Shown: piece by piece, positions 48,609-58,347 of the stretch
Position numbering within the stretch: position 1 is the first letter of the stretch
Layout: each line of letters opens with the position of its first letter
NCBI GenBank assembly: GCA_016432425.1
Contig: CP066688.1
Span: forward strand, 148,368-212,367
Length of the DNA: 64,000 nucleotides
Direction: 5' to 3'
Origin: Candidatus Daviesbacteria bacterium
GTDB lineage: Bacteria > Patescibacteriota > Microgenomatia > Daviesbacterales > UBA10151
Made by a program: the position numbers and the translations under genes
Notes under the pieces: model-generated
The model's input: only the letters and a program-made list of their open reading frames with translations
Told to the model about the DNA's origin: nothing
The model's database searches: none

Positions 48609-48694
48609 AAGTTCAGACTGAAATGCACAAATCTAGTTTAGTAATTAGGTTTGGTAATTAGGGATAATATGATATCCGCTCTCTTGTTTATTCA

Positions 48695-50713
48695 TTATGA
48701 TTTTAAAAATGGTACTAACAATAATGCCACAATATTAACTACCTTTATCATAGGGTTAATAGCTGGGCCGGCGGTATCTTTATAGGGGTCTCCCACTGTA
48801 TCCCCTGTGACTGCTGCTTTGTGAGCCTCCGAACCCTTTCCCCCAAATTTTCCGCTTTCAATATATTTCTTGGCATTATCCCAAGCTGCTCCACCAGTAG
48901 TCATAGAGATCGCTACAAAAAGACCCGTCACAATACTTCCTACTAACATTCCTCCCAAAGTAACTGGTCCTAGTACCAACCCTACAATTACCGGAGCCAG
49001 TACTGGAATCAAAGCCGGTACTAACATCTCTTTTTGCGCTTCTTTGGTAACAATGGAAACTGCTGCGCCGTAGTCCGGTTTGGCTGTTCCTTCCATAATT
49101 CCTTTAATAGTCTTAAATTGGCGACGCACTTCTTCCACCACTGCCCCACCGGCTCGCCCCACTGCCTCCATGGCATATGAGGCAAAAAGATATGGCAGTG
49201 CTCCTCCAATAAAAAGTCCTACCAACACATTAGGATCAGACAGAGAAAAACTTAAGCTATTACCAAATTCCTGTGCGTAAGAGGCAAACAAAACCATGGC
49301 TGCCAGTCCGGCTGAAGCAATGGCATAACCTTTAGTCACGGCTTTGGTAGTATTCCCTACCGCATCCAAAGGATCAGTCACGTTGCGTACTTTTTCCGGT
49401 AAATTAGCCATCTCGGCAATTCCCCCGGCATTATCAGTAATGGGACCAAAAGCATCAATTGCCACCACTATCCCGGCCAAAGACAACATCGCCACAGCTG
49501 CCACGGCAATTCCGTACAGACCGGCCAGAGAAAAGCTTAGCAGTACTGCTGCAGAAATTAGCAGCACCGGGAAAAAGGTAGACTTCATAGAAACTGCCAA
49601 ACCGGCAATCAAATTGGTGGCATGTCCTGTTCTGGAAGCAGAGGCAATATGCTGGACAGGTGAATACTGTGTCCCGGTATAATATTCAGTTAAATAAACC
49701 ATACCCGCTGTCACCAAAATTCCCACTATGGCACTTAAATATAAATTCATGACAGTAAAGCTGGCATTTGCCCCCATTAAATAATTTGTTAGAGGATAAA
49801 ACAGGATCACACACAAAACCGTAGTGGAAATTAAACCTTTATATAAGGCTCCCATAATATTTTTGGAAGAACTGGAATTACTACTAAGTCTGACAAAAAA
49901 GCTCCCCGCCACTGAGGCAAAAATCGCTGAAGCCATTAAGCTTAAAGGGTAAAGATAGGCATTTCCAAAATTTGGCAGCAGCAGATTTCCTAAGATAATG
50001 GCGGCCACGGCTGTGATCACATAAGTTTCAAAAATATCAGCCGCCATCCCGGCATCATCTCCCACATTATCCCCCACATTATCAGCAATAACAGCCGGAT
50101 TGCGGGGGTCATCTTCCGGAATTCCAGCCTCCACTTTACCCACTAAATCTGCGCCCACATCTGCTCCCTTGGTATAAATTCCTCCGCCTAAACGGGCAAA
50201 AACAGAGATCAGCGATCCTCCAAAACCCAAACCAATTAGCCCTTTAATATCGCCGCCCGTATATTGATAAAACCCATAGACTGCTCCCAAAGCCAAACCT
50301 ACCACCAAAAATCCGGTCACTGCTCCTCCCTTATAAGCTAAGGTAAAGGCCTGAGACAATCCATGTTTGGCTGCCTCAGCTACCCTGACATTACTGCGCA
50401 CTGCCACACTCATGCCGATAAAACCAGCCAAAGCTGACAAAACTGCCCCAATAAAAAATCCCAATGCTGTGTTAAGTCCCAAAAACTGGTAGATTAAAGC
50501 AATCAATATCAAAGCCACTACTGCCACCACAGAGTATTGTCTCTTCAGATAAGCATTAGCGCCCTCTTGGATTGCCAAGGCAATTTCTTGCATTTTTTCA
50601 TCACCAGCCCCCCGGCGTAAAATTTCCGTCACCAACCAACCACCATAAATTAAAGAAAGGGCCACCGCGGCCCAAATAATTAAGTTAATATTACCCAAAA
50701 TCTCTACCATCAC
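48695..50713 (-). CDS. hppA: Membrane-bound proton-translocating pyrophosphatase
   Basis: 672 aa and polytopic. The H+-PPase signature GADLVGKVE...DNVGDNVGD is present. Confidence 0.9.
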   Translation of the reverse strand: MMVEILGNINLIIWAAVALSLIYGGWLVTEILRRGAGDEKMQEIALAIQEGANAYLKRQYSVVAVVALILIALIYQFLGLNTALGFFIGAVLSALAGFIGMSVAVRSNVRVAEAAKHGLSQAFTLAYKGGAVTGFLVVGLALGAVYGFYQYTGGDIKGLIGLGFGGSLISVFARLGGGIYTKGADVGADLVGKVEAGIPEDDPRNPAVIADNVGDNVGDDAGMAADIFETYVITAVAAIILGNLLLPNFGNAYLYPLSLMASAIFASVAGSFFVRLSSNSSSSKNIMGALYKGLISTTVLCVILFYPLTNYLMGANASFTVMNLYLSAIVGILVTAGMVYLTEYYTGTQYSPVQHIASASRTGHATNLIAGLAVSMKSTFFPVLLISAAVLLSFSLAGLYGIAVAAVAMLSLAGIVVAIDAFGPITDNAGGIAEMANLPEKVRNVTDPLDAVGNTTKAVTKGYAIASAGLAAMVLFASYAQEFGNSLSFSLSDPNVLVGLFIGGALPYLFASYAMEAVGRAGGAVVEEVRRQFKTIKGIMEGTAKPDYGAAVSIVTKEAQKEMLVPALIPVLAPVIVGLVLGPVTLGGMLVGSIVTGLFVAISMTTGGAAWDNAKKYIESGKFGGKGSEAHKAAVTGDTVGDPYKDTAGPAINPMIKVVNIVALLLVPFLKS

Positions 50714-50783
50714 CTTGGAATTTACACTAATAAGTAGTTATCGTCAAGATACAACTATGGAAACTAATTGTGTCAAGGGGAAG

Positions 50784-53210
50784 TTAGGCCAAAGCCGGAG
50801 CCGGGCCCAATGGTATACTCTTGCGGGCGGCTGATTGAGGAGGACGGGTTAGCGCCACTTTGATCGCTTCATCAATGTGTTTAACGAACACAAATTTAAT
50901 ATCTTTAAAAATGTAGTTTGGGATATCTTCTAAATCTTTGCGATTATCTTCTGGAGCAATAATTATTTTTACTCCCGCCCGGTGAGACGCAATTACTTTT
51001 TCTTTTAAGCCTCCAATTTCTAAAATGCGGCCCCTTAAGGTAATTTCTCCGGTCATGGCCACATCTTTTTTGACAGGAACTCTAGTAAAAGCCGAGATAA
51101 TGGCCAAAGTCAACGCTCCTCCAGCTGAAGGCCCGTCTTTAGGCTGAGCCCCTTCGGGAACATGGATATGAACATCAACTTTGTGGAAAAACTTTTCCGG
51201 CAGCCCTAGCTCTCTCCAATGGGAACGGACATAGCTCATAGCGGCGTGGGCACTTTCTTTCATTACTTCACCTAGCTGCCCGGTTAGCTGAACCGAGCCT
51301 TTACCCGGCATTAAATTAACTTCAATAAACATGATCGACCCTCCCACTTCACTCCAGGCCATGGCAGTTGAGACTCCCACTGTATCTTCAATTTCTGCCA
51401 GCTCCGGCAAGAATTTAACCGGTCCCAAGTATTCATTGAGATCTCGCTGTGTTATTTTAAAACTTTTATTTTTATTGCCCTCGGCAATTTTGCGGGCAAT
51501 TTTTCTCATCACTCCGGAAATTTCTCTCTCTAAATTGCGGACTCCAGCCTCTCTGGTATATTGCTGGATAATGGCATTAACCGCCTCTGCAGTAAAGTTA
51601 GTTTCAGTTTTACCCAAACCATTAGCCCCAATTTGTTTGGGGATTAAAAAGTTTTTGGCAATATGGAATTTTTCATCCTGGGTATAGCCGGCATAACGAA
51701 TCACCTCTAGCCGATCTCTAAGAGCCGGAGGAATGGTATCTAAAATATTGGCGGTGGTAATAAACATAACGTTCGATAAATCATAAGGTACTTCTAAATA
51801 ATGGTCGGAAAAAGCATTGTTTTGTTCCGGATCCAAAGCCTCCAGCAGGGCAGCCGAAGGGTCACCGCGGTAATCAGCACCAATTTTGTCAATCTCATCC
51901 AGCATAAAAACCGGATTGACAGCCCCGGCCTGTTTAATAGCCTGGATAATACGTCCGGGCATTGACCCGACATAAGTCCTTCTGTGTCCCCGAATTTCTG
52001 CCTCATCACGAATTCCTCCCAAAGAAACTTTGACAAATTTTCGCCCCAAGGCTTTGGCAATAGATTTACCAATGGAGGTTTTACCGGTGCCAGGAGGACC
52101 CACAAAACATAAAATTGGGCCGTGTACCTTACCGGAAAGTTTATGAACTGCCAAATATTCAATAATTCTTTCTTTAACCTTTTTTAAACCATAATGATCA
52201 GCATCCAAAATCTGTTGAGCATTCTTCAGGTCAATTCTTTTGCCCTTACTTAATCTCCAAGGTAAATCAGTTAACCATTCAAGATAATTTCTAATATAAC
52301 CGGCCTCGGGGTTATAAGAACTCATCTTGGCTAGGCGATTTAACTCTTTGTGGGCTTTGTTTAAAACTTCTTTGGGCATACCGGCCTTTTTAATTTTAAG
52401 TTCCAACTCTTTAATCTCTACATTCTCGCCATTTTCCCCCAGTTCTTCTTCAATGCTGCGCATTTGCTCACGCAAAATAGCTTCTTTAGTCATCCGAGAA
52501 ACTCTCTCTTGAGTTTGAGAGGAAATTTTTTGTTGAATTTCTAAGATGCGAATCTCTTTTGAGAGCAGATCAGAAATACGCTGTAAGCGCTCTTGGGCTG
52601 ACACCATCTCCAAAATTTGTTGCTTATCAATAGTTTTAAAATCTATAGCTTGAGCAATGGAGTTCACCAACTGGTTGGGATCATCACTGTAGGTAAAAAG
52701 ACTCCAATTTACCAAACTACCTTGATCAAAAAAGGGATTGCCACCTAGTTCCAGATATCTTTTGAGTTGATCCCGAACAGCCCTAATGAGAGCTTCTGTT
52801 TGTTCGCTTTTTTCATATAGTTCCGGGATTTCTTCAATTTCTGCTTCCAAATACGGTTCTGTTCGGACAAAATTTTTGACAAAAACCCGAGCCAAACCTT
52901 CTGCCTGGAGGGTATATTCCCCTTCGGTATTAATGACGGCCCGACGGATCAGGCAAACTGTCCCCACTTTATATAAATCTTTTTCAGCCGGATCTTCAAT
53001 CTTGGGATTTTTTTGGGTCACAAAAAGAACTAATTTATCGCTATTCCAAGCTAAATCCAAAGCAGCTTTGGATTTAGAACGACCGGAAATAATGGGTACG
53101 GAATTACCCGGGAAAATTACCGTATCCCGCAGCGGCCCCACAGGAATGGTAGGTTTTAGTTTAATAGGCTCTTGTAGAATATTTTTTGAATTTCCTGGTA
53201 CAAAATTCAT
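50784..53210 (-). CDS. lon: ATP-dependent Lon protease
   Basis: The N-terminal LON domain is followed by an AAA+ Walker A (GPPGTGKTS) and the C-terminal Ser-Lys protease motif (PKDGPSAG). Confidence 0.9.
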   Translation of the reverse strand: MNFVPGNSKNILQEPIKLKPTIPVGPLRDTVIFPGNSVPIISGRSKSKAALDLAWNSDKLVLFVTQKNPKIEDPAEKDLYKVGTVCLIRRAVINTEGEYTLQAEGLARVFVKNFVRTEPYLEAEIEEIPELYEKSEQTEALIRAVRDQLKRYLELGGNPFFDQGSLVNWSLFTYSDDPNQLVNSIAQAIDFKTIDKQQILEMVSAQERLQRISDLLSKEIRILEIQQKISSQTQERVSRMTKEAILREQMRSIEEELGENGENVEIKELELKIKKAGMPKEVLNKAHKELNRLAKMSSYNPEAGYIRNYLEWLTDLPWRLSKGKRIDLKNAQQILDADHYGLKKVKERIIEYLAVHKLSGKVHGPILCFVGPPGTGKTSIGKSIAKALGRKFVKVSLGGIRDEAEIRGHRRTYVGSMPGRIIQAIKQAGAVNPVFMLDEIDKIGADYRGDPSAALLEALDPEQNNAFSDHYLEVPYDLSNVMFITTANILDTIPPALRDRLEVIRYAGYTQDEKFHIAKNFLIPKQIGANGLGKTETNFTAEAVNAIIQQYTREAGVRNLEREISGVMRKIARKIAEGNKNKSFKITQRDLNEYLGPVKFLPELAEIEDTVGVSTAMAWSEVGGSIMFIEVNLMPGKGSVQLTGQLGEVMKESAHAAMSYVRSHWRELGLPEKFFHKVDVHIHVPEGAQPKDGPSAGGALTLAIISAFTRVPVKKDVAMTGEITLRGRILEIGGLKEKVIASHRAGVKIIIAPEDNRKDLEDIPNYIFKDIKFVFVKHIDEAIKVALTRPPQSAARKSIPLGPAPALA

Positions 53211-53271
53211 AGCTCACTTCGCTCCCTGATTCTTTCAAAAATAAAACATTAGCAGTTTAGCTTAGAGACTG

Positions 53272-53802
53272 CTAAAAGTCAATACCTTTCTTTGCTATAA
53301 GCCCTTTCTTAAAGGGGTGTCTAACCTCTCTCATCTCTGTCACCAAATCAGCCTTTTTAATAAGCTGCATGGGCGCCTGGTGACCGGTTAATACTAAATC
53401 CAATTGTTGGGGTTTTTGATCAATAAGTTGTAACAGTTGAGTAAGAGGTAAAATTTTACTGGCTACTGCCCCCACAATCTCATCAGCTACTATAATATCC
53501 CATTTCCCTGACATTATTTCCTTAGATAATAGAGTGTAAGTTTCTTGGGCTGCTTTTTTATGAATTGAAAGAGGAACTTTGCTACCCAAAATATCTAAAA
53601 AACCTTTTCCTCCTTGAATGATTTTTACTCCCGGTCCCAATTTTTTAATTCCCACCAGCTCTCCCGTAAACCAAGCTTTACCAAATTGAACTATTAAACA
53701 TTTTTTCTTATAACCCACCGCCCGCAGCACCAAACCGAGCGCGGCCGTAGTTTTCCCCTTCCCCTCACCTGTATAAATAATAACCAGCCCCTTTTCTTCC
53801 AT
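53272..53802 (-). CDS. Cob(I)yrinic acid a,c-diamide / corrinoid adenosyltransferase (CobA/BtuR family)
   Basis: GLVIIYTGEGKGKTTAALGLVLRAVGY...CLIVQFGKAW carries the P-loop and the conserved core of CobA/CobO/BtuR. Confidence 0.7.
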   Translation of the reverse strand: MEEKGLVIIYTGEGKGKTTAALGLVLRAVGYKKKCLIVQFGKAWFTGELVGIKKLGPGVKIIQGGKGFLDILGSKVPLSIHKKAAQETYTLLSKEIMSGKWDIIVADEIVGAVASKILPLTQLLQLIDQKPQQLDLVLTGHQAPMQLIKKADLVTEMREVRHPFKKGLIAKKGIDF

Positions 53803-53826
53803 GAACCCATTCTACCAAACCCTTCT

Positions 53827-54570
53827 CAATTTATATTTCCACATCGGGAGTGGAATTATATTGACACATCGGTAAAATTGAGATACACTCAGCTGTAAAT
53901 GCCAGCAAGAACTACTCCTCTGGTAAATGAACAAATTTATCATATATATAATCGGGGTACAGAGAAAAGAAGAATCTTTGATAATAAAAGGTGTTATTCA
54001 AGATTCATACAGACTATTAGATATTATCAGCTAGAAGGCCCTAAACCTAAGTTTTCTAACTTTATTAAACAGAAGTTATTTAATCCTGATCCCGAGAAGA
54101 AGATAGTTGAAATAATCTGTTATTGTTTAATGCCAAATCACTTTCACTTATTGGTTAAACAATTAAAAGATGGGGGAATTAGTGAATTTATGAGAAAACT
54201 AAGTGATAGCTATACTAAATACTACAATATTAAATTTGAAAGAGTAGGAGCTTTATTACAAGGTCCATTTAAAGCAGTTTTAATAGAAACTGATGAACAG
54301 CTCACACATGTGTCCCGCTACATTCATTTAAATCCACTAGTGTCTTTTTTGGTAAAGGATTTAGCTCAATACGAATGGTCATCTTATGAAGAATACATTA
54401 ATAATAAATCAATTGGTATTTGTGTTAAAGAAAATGTGTTAGGTTTTTTCAAATCACCAGAGGATTATAAACAATTTGTCCTAGACCAAGCAGGTTATGG
54501 TCAACAACTAGAATTAATCAAACACCAATTAGTAGATGAATAATTTTGAGCCTACACATCGGGAGTGGAA
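53827..54570 (+). mobile_element. IS200/IS605-like or RAYT-type HUH Y1 transposase unit with 16-nt flanking direct repeats
   Basis: The transposase ORF is bracketed by CACATCGGGAGTGGAA at 53830..53845 and 54555..54570. Each repeat sits within a short inverted repeat (TTCCAC...GTGGAA). Confidence 0.7.
53899..54543 (+). CDS. REP-associated tyrosine transposase / IS200-family HUH transposase (COG1943-like)
   Basis: YHIYNRGTEKRRIF...CYCLMPNHFHLLVKQ (HUH motif)...YTKYYN...GALLQGPFKAV...SRYIHLNPL (catalytic Tyr helix). 214 aa. Confidence 0.8.
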   Translation: MPARTTPLVNEQIYHIYNRGTEKRRIFDNKRCYSRFIQTIRYYQLEGPKPKFSNFIKQKLFNPDPEKKIVEIICYCLMPNHFHLLVKQLKDGGISEFMRKLSDSYTKYYNIKFERVGALLQGPFKAVLIETDEQLTHVSRYIHLNPLVSFLVKDLAQYEWSSYEEYINNKSIGICVKENVLGFFKSPEDYKQFVLDQAGYGQQLELIKHQLVDE

Positions 54571-54576
54571 AGCTAA

Positions 54577-54834
54577 TTGGATACCCCTTGCAACTACTTG
54601 TATAATCAAATCATGAATGATATAGCTTATACATTAAATCCTCAGCTTATTGATGTAAAAATTAATAAGGATCTGCAAGATAATCAGCTTTTAAGTCTCT
54701 ATGAAGTTAATAAGATTTGTAGAAAAGTTATTACCAGCCAAGATATTTTTAATAAAGAGTTAAATTTACAAGAAAAATATAAAGGTTATATTGCTAATTT
54801 CATCTTTGAGGAAGTCAAAAAACTTAACACTTAG
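54577..54834 (+). CDS. Hypothetical small protein (85 aa), possible transposon cargo
   Basis: The ORF lies immediately after the right repeat. Its 3' end overlaps the nrdJ stop region convergently. Support is weak. Confidence 0.25.
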   Translation: MDTPCNYLYNQIMNDIAYTLNPQLIDVKINKDLQDNQLLSLYEVNKICRKVITSQDIFNKELNLQEKYKGYIANFIFEEVKKLNT

Positions 54835-57535
54835 AATATCCGCAGGAGAGGCATTTTTGGCAACCTTCCATAAAGACAAAACTGGCTGTACCACACTCCG
54901 GACAAAAATCTGCTGTATCCGAGGTTGACAGGGGGAGGCTAGGAGTGATACTACTTTCATCGACAGTCAAATTTAGTGGCACTATCTCCCCAGCTTCAGA
55001 GTGGTCATTAAGAGATAAATCTTCACTGAGCGCTTTGGCAATAGCATCAGCCAAACTCATCACCCGGTCTTTACCAAATCCAATTTGAGAGGCACCCCCA
55101 ATCCCCTTAAGCTGCGAGACAATCTTTTTGGCCACCTCTTGTGAGTGAGGACGGGAAATCCGCAGAGAGAGGGAAATTAACCGGCCAATTGCTTCTGCAT
55201 CAGCACCGGTATGCATACCCGCTTTACCAATGGTCACAAATACCTCAAATGGATTATCACTATTGTCACGGTTAATCGTAATAAACGCTTCCCCCACCGG
55301 AGTATTAATTTTGTAGGTCCGACCCCGCAAAATTACTGGCCGCTGGCCCAAAGTATCACTAGTTGTGGCAGATGGGACCACATCAGGACTGCCCAATACC
55401 TTTTCCTCGCCTACCTTAAAGTTGGTTCCTCCCGCCAGCTGGTCATAATAAGAGTTATCTTTTTTAACCTCCAACACCTGTTTTTCCCGGGAACCATCAC
55501 GGTAAATGGTAATCCCTTTGCAACCCAGCTCATAAACCATCATATAGGCCCGTCTGACATCTTCTACTGTAGCGCCGTGCGGGAAATTGATTGTTTTGGA
55601 AATAGCATTGTCTACATGGGCTTGAAAAGCGGCTTGGATTCTAACATGATCTTCAGGAGCAATATCGTGAGTAACCACAAATACTTTTTGCCATTTTTCG
55701 GGAACTTCCGAGAGTCTCTGGACTGACCCATGATTTTGCTCAATTTTTTCCAGTAGCTTCTCTGAGTAGAAACCTTCATCTTGGGCTACCTTTAAAAAAT
55801 AGGGGTTGGTATTAAAAAGCCTTTTCCCTTCAATAGTATTTTTGGCATAGGATAAACCAAAAATAGGCTCAATTCCAGAGGAAGCATCAGCCAGCATCGA
55901 GATAGTACCGGTAGGAGCAATGGTAGTCACGGCTGCATTCCTAATTTTAAGTTCTTCTCCTAAAAAGTAGGAACTTTGGGGATCAAAAATTGACCCTGCC
56001 CAAGCCGGAAAAACACCACGAATTTTAGCCAACTCCACGCTCGCTTCTTTAGAGGCTTTTTGGATACACTCCATAACATCTTCAGCAATTTGGCGCCCCT
56101 CCGGGGTGTTATACCCAATCCCCAGTTGATAAAGTAAGTCAGCAAAACCCATGATACCAAGTCCCACCCTTCTAATTTTCCTGGTCATCTCAAAAATTTC
56201 TGGAATCGGGTAATTGTTCATATCTAAGACATTATCCAAAAAATGCACTGCTTGTTTGGTTACTTCTGTCATTTGCGGATAGTCAATTACCCCATCTTTA
56301 ACAAACTTACCTACATTAATTGATCCCAAAGTACAAGCATCATAAGACAGTAACGGTTGCTCGCCACAGGGGTTTGTGGCTTCAATTTGGCCTAAATTAG
56401 GAGTGGGATTAGCTCCGGAAGCATTAATCCGGTCAATCATAATCATCCCCGGGTCACCATAATGCCAAGCCAGCTGGGTAATAAGCAAAAACACTTTTTT
56501 GGCATTGAGTCGATCAGTCACCTGGTCATTGCGGGGGTTAATCAGTTCATAACCTTCCCCTTTTTCTTTTGCCCGTACCAAGTCATAAAGTTTAGCCACT
56601 CCATCTTCTACCTTTTTTAGTTTCAAATCCACATCCCGGATCGCTTGAGCCAGTTTGATCTCTTCAATAATTTCTTCCCAGTTAGGCTCTGCTGTCACAA
56701 ATTTACTGTCTTTTTCTACCTGCCTCATCCACTCTTCAGTGACGGTAACGGAAATATTAAAATTAGTGAGAGAAAATTCATCCACCTTCATGACGGCAAA
56801 GCGGAGGATATCCGGATGGGTAATATGCATGATCCCCATGTTGGCGCCACGTCTGACTCCACCCTGTTTAACTTGGGAAGTAACGTCATTGTAGGCTTGG
56901 AGAAATGAGGTGGGCCCCACCGTACTGCCGCCGGAAGAGCGGATCACATCTCCATAAGGGCGCAGCCGGGAGAAAGAAAAACCTGTTCCCCCCCCAGATT
57001 TGTGGATCATCACCATATCAACTAAAGTTTTGGCGATTGAATGCATATCATCTTCCACCGGCAGAACAAAACAAGCTGACAACTGCTGCATCGGTCGGCC
57101 GGCATTTAACATGGTGGGAGTATTGGGAATAAACTTTTGGGAAACCATCAGGGCATAAAACTCCTTGGCAACTTTGAGCATATTATCTTTATCAGGATCA
57201 AATAATAAATTTGCCGCGGCAATATTGTAGGCCACCCGCCAAAACATTTCTTTAGCGCTCTCAACGGGTTTACCATCTTCATCCCGGCGGGCATAACGGG
57301 TTTTGCCAATATATAAAGCATTTTCGGATAGGTTTGGTTGCGGTAAATCCAGCGGAGGAGGGGGGATCGTCCGGCCAATTTCCCAAACTTGCTCTATCTT
57401 GTAGTGCAACTTACCGCTAATATGGACCCCGTTACTTTTTCTTTTCTTGGGGGTCGGGGCGGAAACTACTTGAAGCACCGCGGCTGATTTGAGGGAAGTT
57501 TTCTTTTTCATAGTCCTCCAGGATTTTGTGGACAT
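54824..57535 (-). CDS. nrdJ: Adenosylcobalamin-dependent ribonucleotide reductase (class II)
   Basis: 903 aa. It has conserved RNR ten-strand barrel motifs and active-site cysteines. The C-terminal Cys-rich zinc ribbon is CPECGTASFVFMEGCQKCLSCGYSKC. No NrdB/NrdF partner is adjacent. Confidence 0.85.
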   Translation of the reverse strand: MSTKSWRTMKKKTSLKSAAVLQVVSAPTPKKRKSNGVHISGKLHYKIEQVWEIGRTIPPPPLDLPQPNLSENALYIGKTRYARRDEDGKPVESAKEMFWRVAYNIAAANLLFDPDKDNMLKVAKEFYALMVSQKFIPNTPTMLNAGRPMQQLSACFVLPVEDDMHSIAKTLVDMVMIHKSGGGTGFSFSRLRPYGDVIRSSGGSTVGPTSFLQAYNDVTSQVKQGGVRRGANMGIMHITHPDILRFAVMKVDEFSLTNFNISVTVTEEWMRQVEKDSKFVTAEPNWEEIIEEIKLAQAIRDVDLKLKKVEDGVAKLYDLVRAKEKGEGYELINPRNDQVTDRLNAKKVFLLITQLAWHYGDPGMIMIDRINASGANPTPNLGQIEATNPCGEQPLLSYDACTLGSINVGKFVKDGVIDYPQMTEVTKQAVHFLDNVLDMNNYPIPEIFEMTRKIRRVGLGIMGFADLLYQLGIGYNTPEGRQIAEDVMECIQKASKEASVELAKIRGVFPAWAGSIFDPQSSYFLGEELKIRNAAVTTIAPTGTISMLADASSGIEPIFGLSYAKNTIEGKRLFNTNPYFLKVAQDEGFYSEKLLEKIEQNHGSVQRLSEVPEKWQKVFVVTHDIAPEDHVRIQAAFQAHVDNAISKTINFPHGATVEDVRRAYMMVYELGCKGITIYRDGSREKQVLEVKKDNSYYDQLAGGTNFKVGEEKVLGSPDVVPSATTSDTLGQRPVILRGRTYKINTPVGEAFITINRDNSDNPFEVFVTIGKAGMHTGADAEAIGRLISLSLRISRPHSQEVAKKIVSQLKGIGGASQIGFGKDRVMSLADAIAKALSEDLSLNDHSEAGEIVPLNLTVDESSITPSLPLSTSDTADFCPECGTASFVFMEGCQKCLSCGYSKC

Positions 57536-57536
57536 A

Positions 57537-57583
57537 ACATATCACATCCACAACAGCCCCTGTCAATATATCAGATCTTTAAA
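57537..57583 (-). promoter_or_regulatory. Candidate promoter and Shine-Dalgarno site for nrdJ
   Basis: The minus strand reads TTGACA-N16-TGATAT ... GGAGGA-N3-ATG. Confidence 0.3.
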
Positions 57584-58231
57584 TTATTTTAAGGGAGTAA
57601 TAGTAATCTTTTGCATCACATCTCCCGCTTTGATTTGATCTATCACTTCCAGCCCGGAGATCACCTTACCAAAAATAGTGTATTTAGGTTGCAGGGGAGT
57701 ATCGCGTTTTAAAATAAAAAATTGGGAACCATTAGTGTTGGGACCAGAGTTAGCCATAGCCAAAGTTCCCCGCAGGTAGGGTTTGGTAACCGGCTCATCG
57801 GCAAATTTATAACCCGGTCCCCCAGTCCCGTTTCCCAAGGGATCTCCTCCTTGAATAACCCAATCTTCCACCCGATGAAAAATCAGACCATCATAGAATC
57901 CATCTTTGGAGAGGAAAATAAAATTAGAAGCAGCTTTGCTGGCTTCAGGATAAATTTCCAGTTCAATTTGACCCTTTGAAGTTTGGATAATGGCTTTTTT
58001 ATTAGTGAGCTCCGCCGGAGAGAATTCTCCCGGAAATTGCCTATACTCCTTAACTGATTTAGCTGAGGGGGCAGGAGAGGGAGAATTTTGAAATTGTAAA
58101 TTTAAAGCAGGAGATGAAGCCGGTTGCTCCTCAGGAATAACCACCGCTCCTTTAATTTTTTGCGACACCCAATAGATAGTGGCAAATACTATCAAAGCTG
58201 CTACCATAACCATTAACCACTTGTTTTCCAT
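57584..58231 (-). CDS. Peptidyl-prolyl cis-trans isomerase, cyclophilin-type, membrane-anchored
   Basis: An N-terminal TM helix is followed by the cyclophilin core (HRVEDWVIQGGDPLGNGTGGPGYKFADE ... GTLAMANSGPNTNGSQFFI). Confidence 0.85.
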   Translation of the reverse strand: MENKWLMVMVAALIVFATIYWVSQKIKGAVVIPEEQPASSPALNLQFQNSPSPAPSAKSVKEYRQFPGEFSPAELTNKKAIIQTSKGQIELEIYPEASKAASNFIFLSKDGFYDGLIFHRVEDWVIQGGDPLGNGTGGPGYKFADEPVTKPYLRGTLAMANSGPNTNGSQFFILKRDTPLQPKYTIFGKVISGLEVIDQIKAGDVMQKITITPLK

Positions 58232-58347
58232 CCATCTTTATATACCATTAAAATAACCTTCAAGCAAGTATTTTTTAAAATGCCTCTTGACGGCTATTCA
58301 ATCTTTCCTCCACAATTAAATTGTGAGGTAGACGGCTCACGTTCATT

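Noticed and set aside
48870-49682. Four plus-strand ORFs (48870..49073, 49080..49280, 49344..49682) and a minus-strand ORF (49021..49209) within hppA
   Set aside because: The H+-PPase frame has the diagnostic DNVGDNVGD signature across this region. The others are Ala/Pro-rich alternative-frame or antisense artefacts of a GC-richer membrane gene.
51331-53229. ORFs 51331..51687, 52327..52512 and 52786..53229 (plus strand) and 51794..52162 (minus strand, other frame) inside lon
   Set aside because: Lon is supported by Walker A and the Ser-Lys protease motifs over the full length. The overlapping ORFs have no features.
55211-57378. Multiple ORFs (55211..55726, 55960..56160, 56645..57132, 57148..57378) overlapping nrdJ
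   Set aside because: nrdJ is a continuous 903-aa ORF with RNR motifs and a zinc ribbon. The overlapping ORFs are antisense or off-frame.
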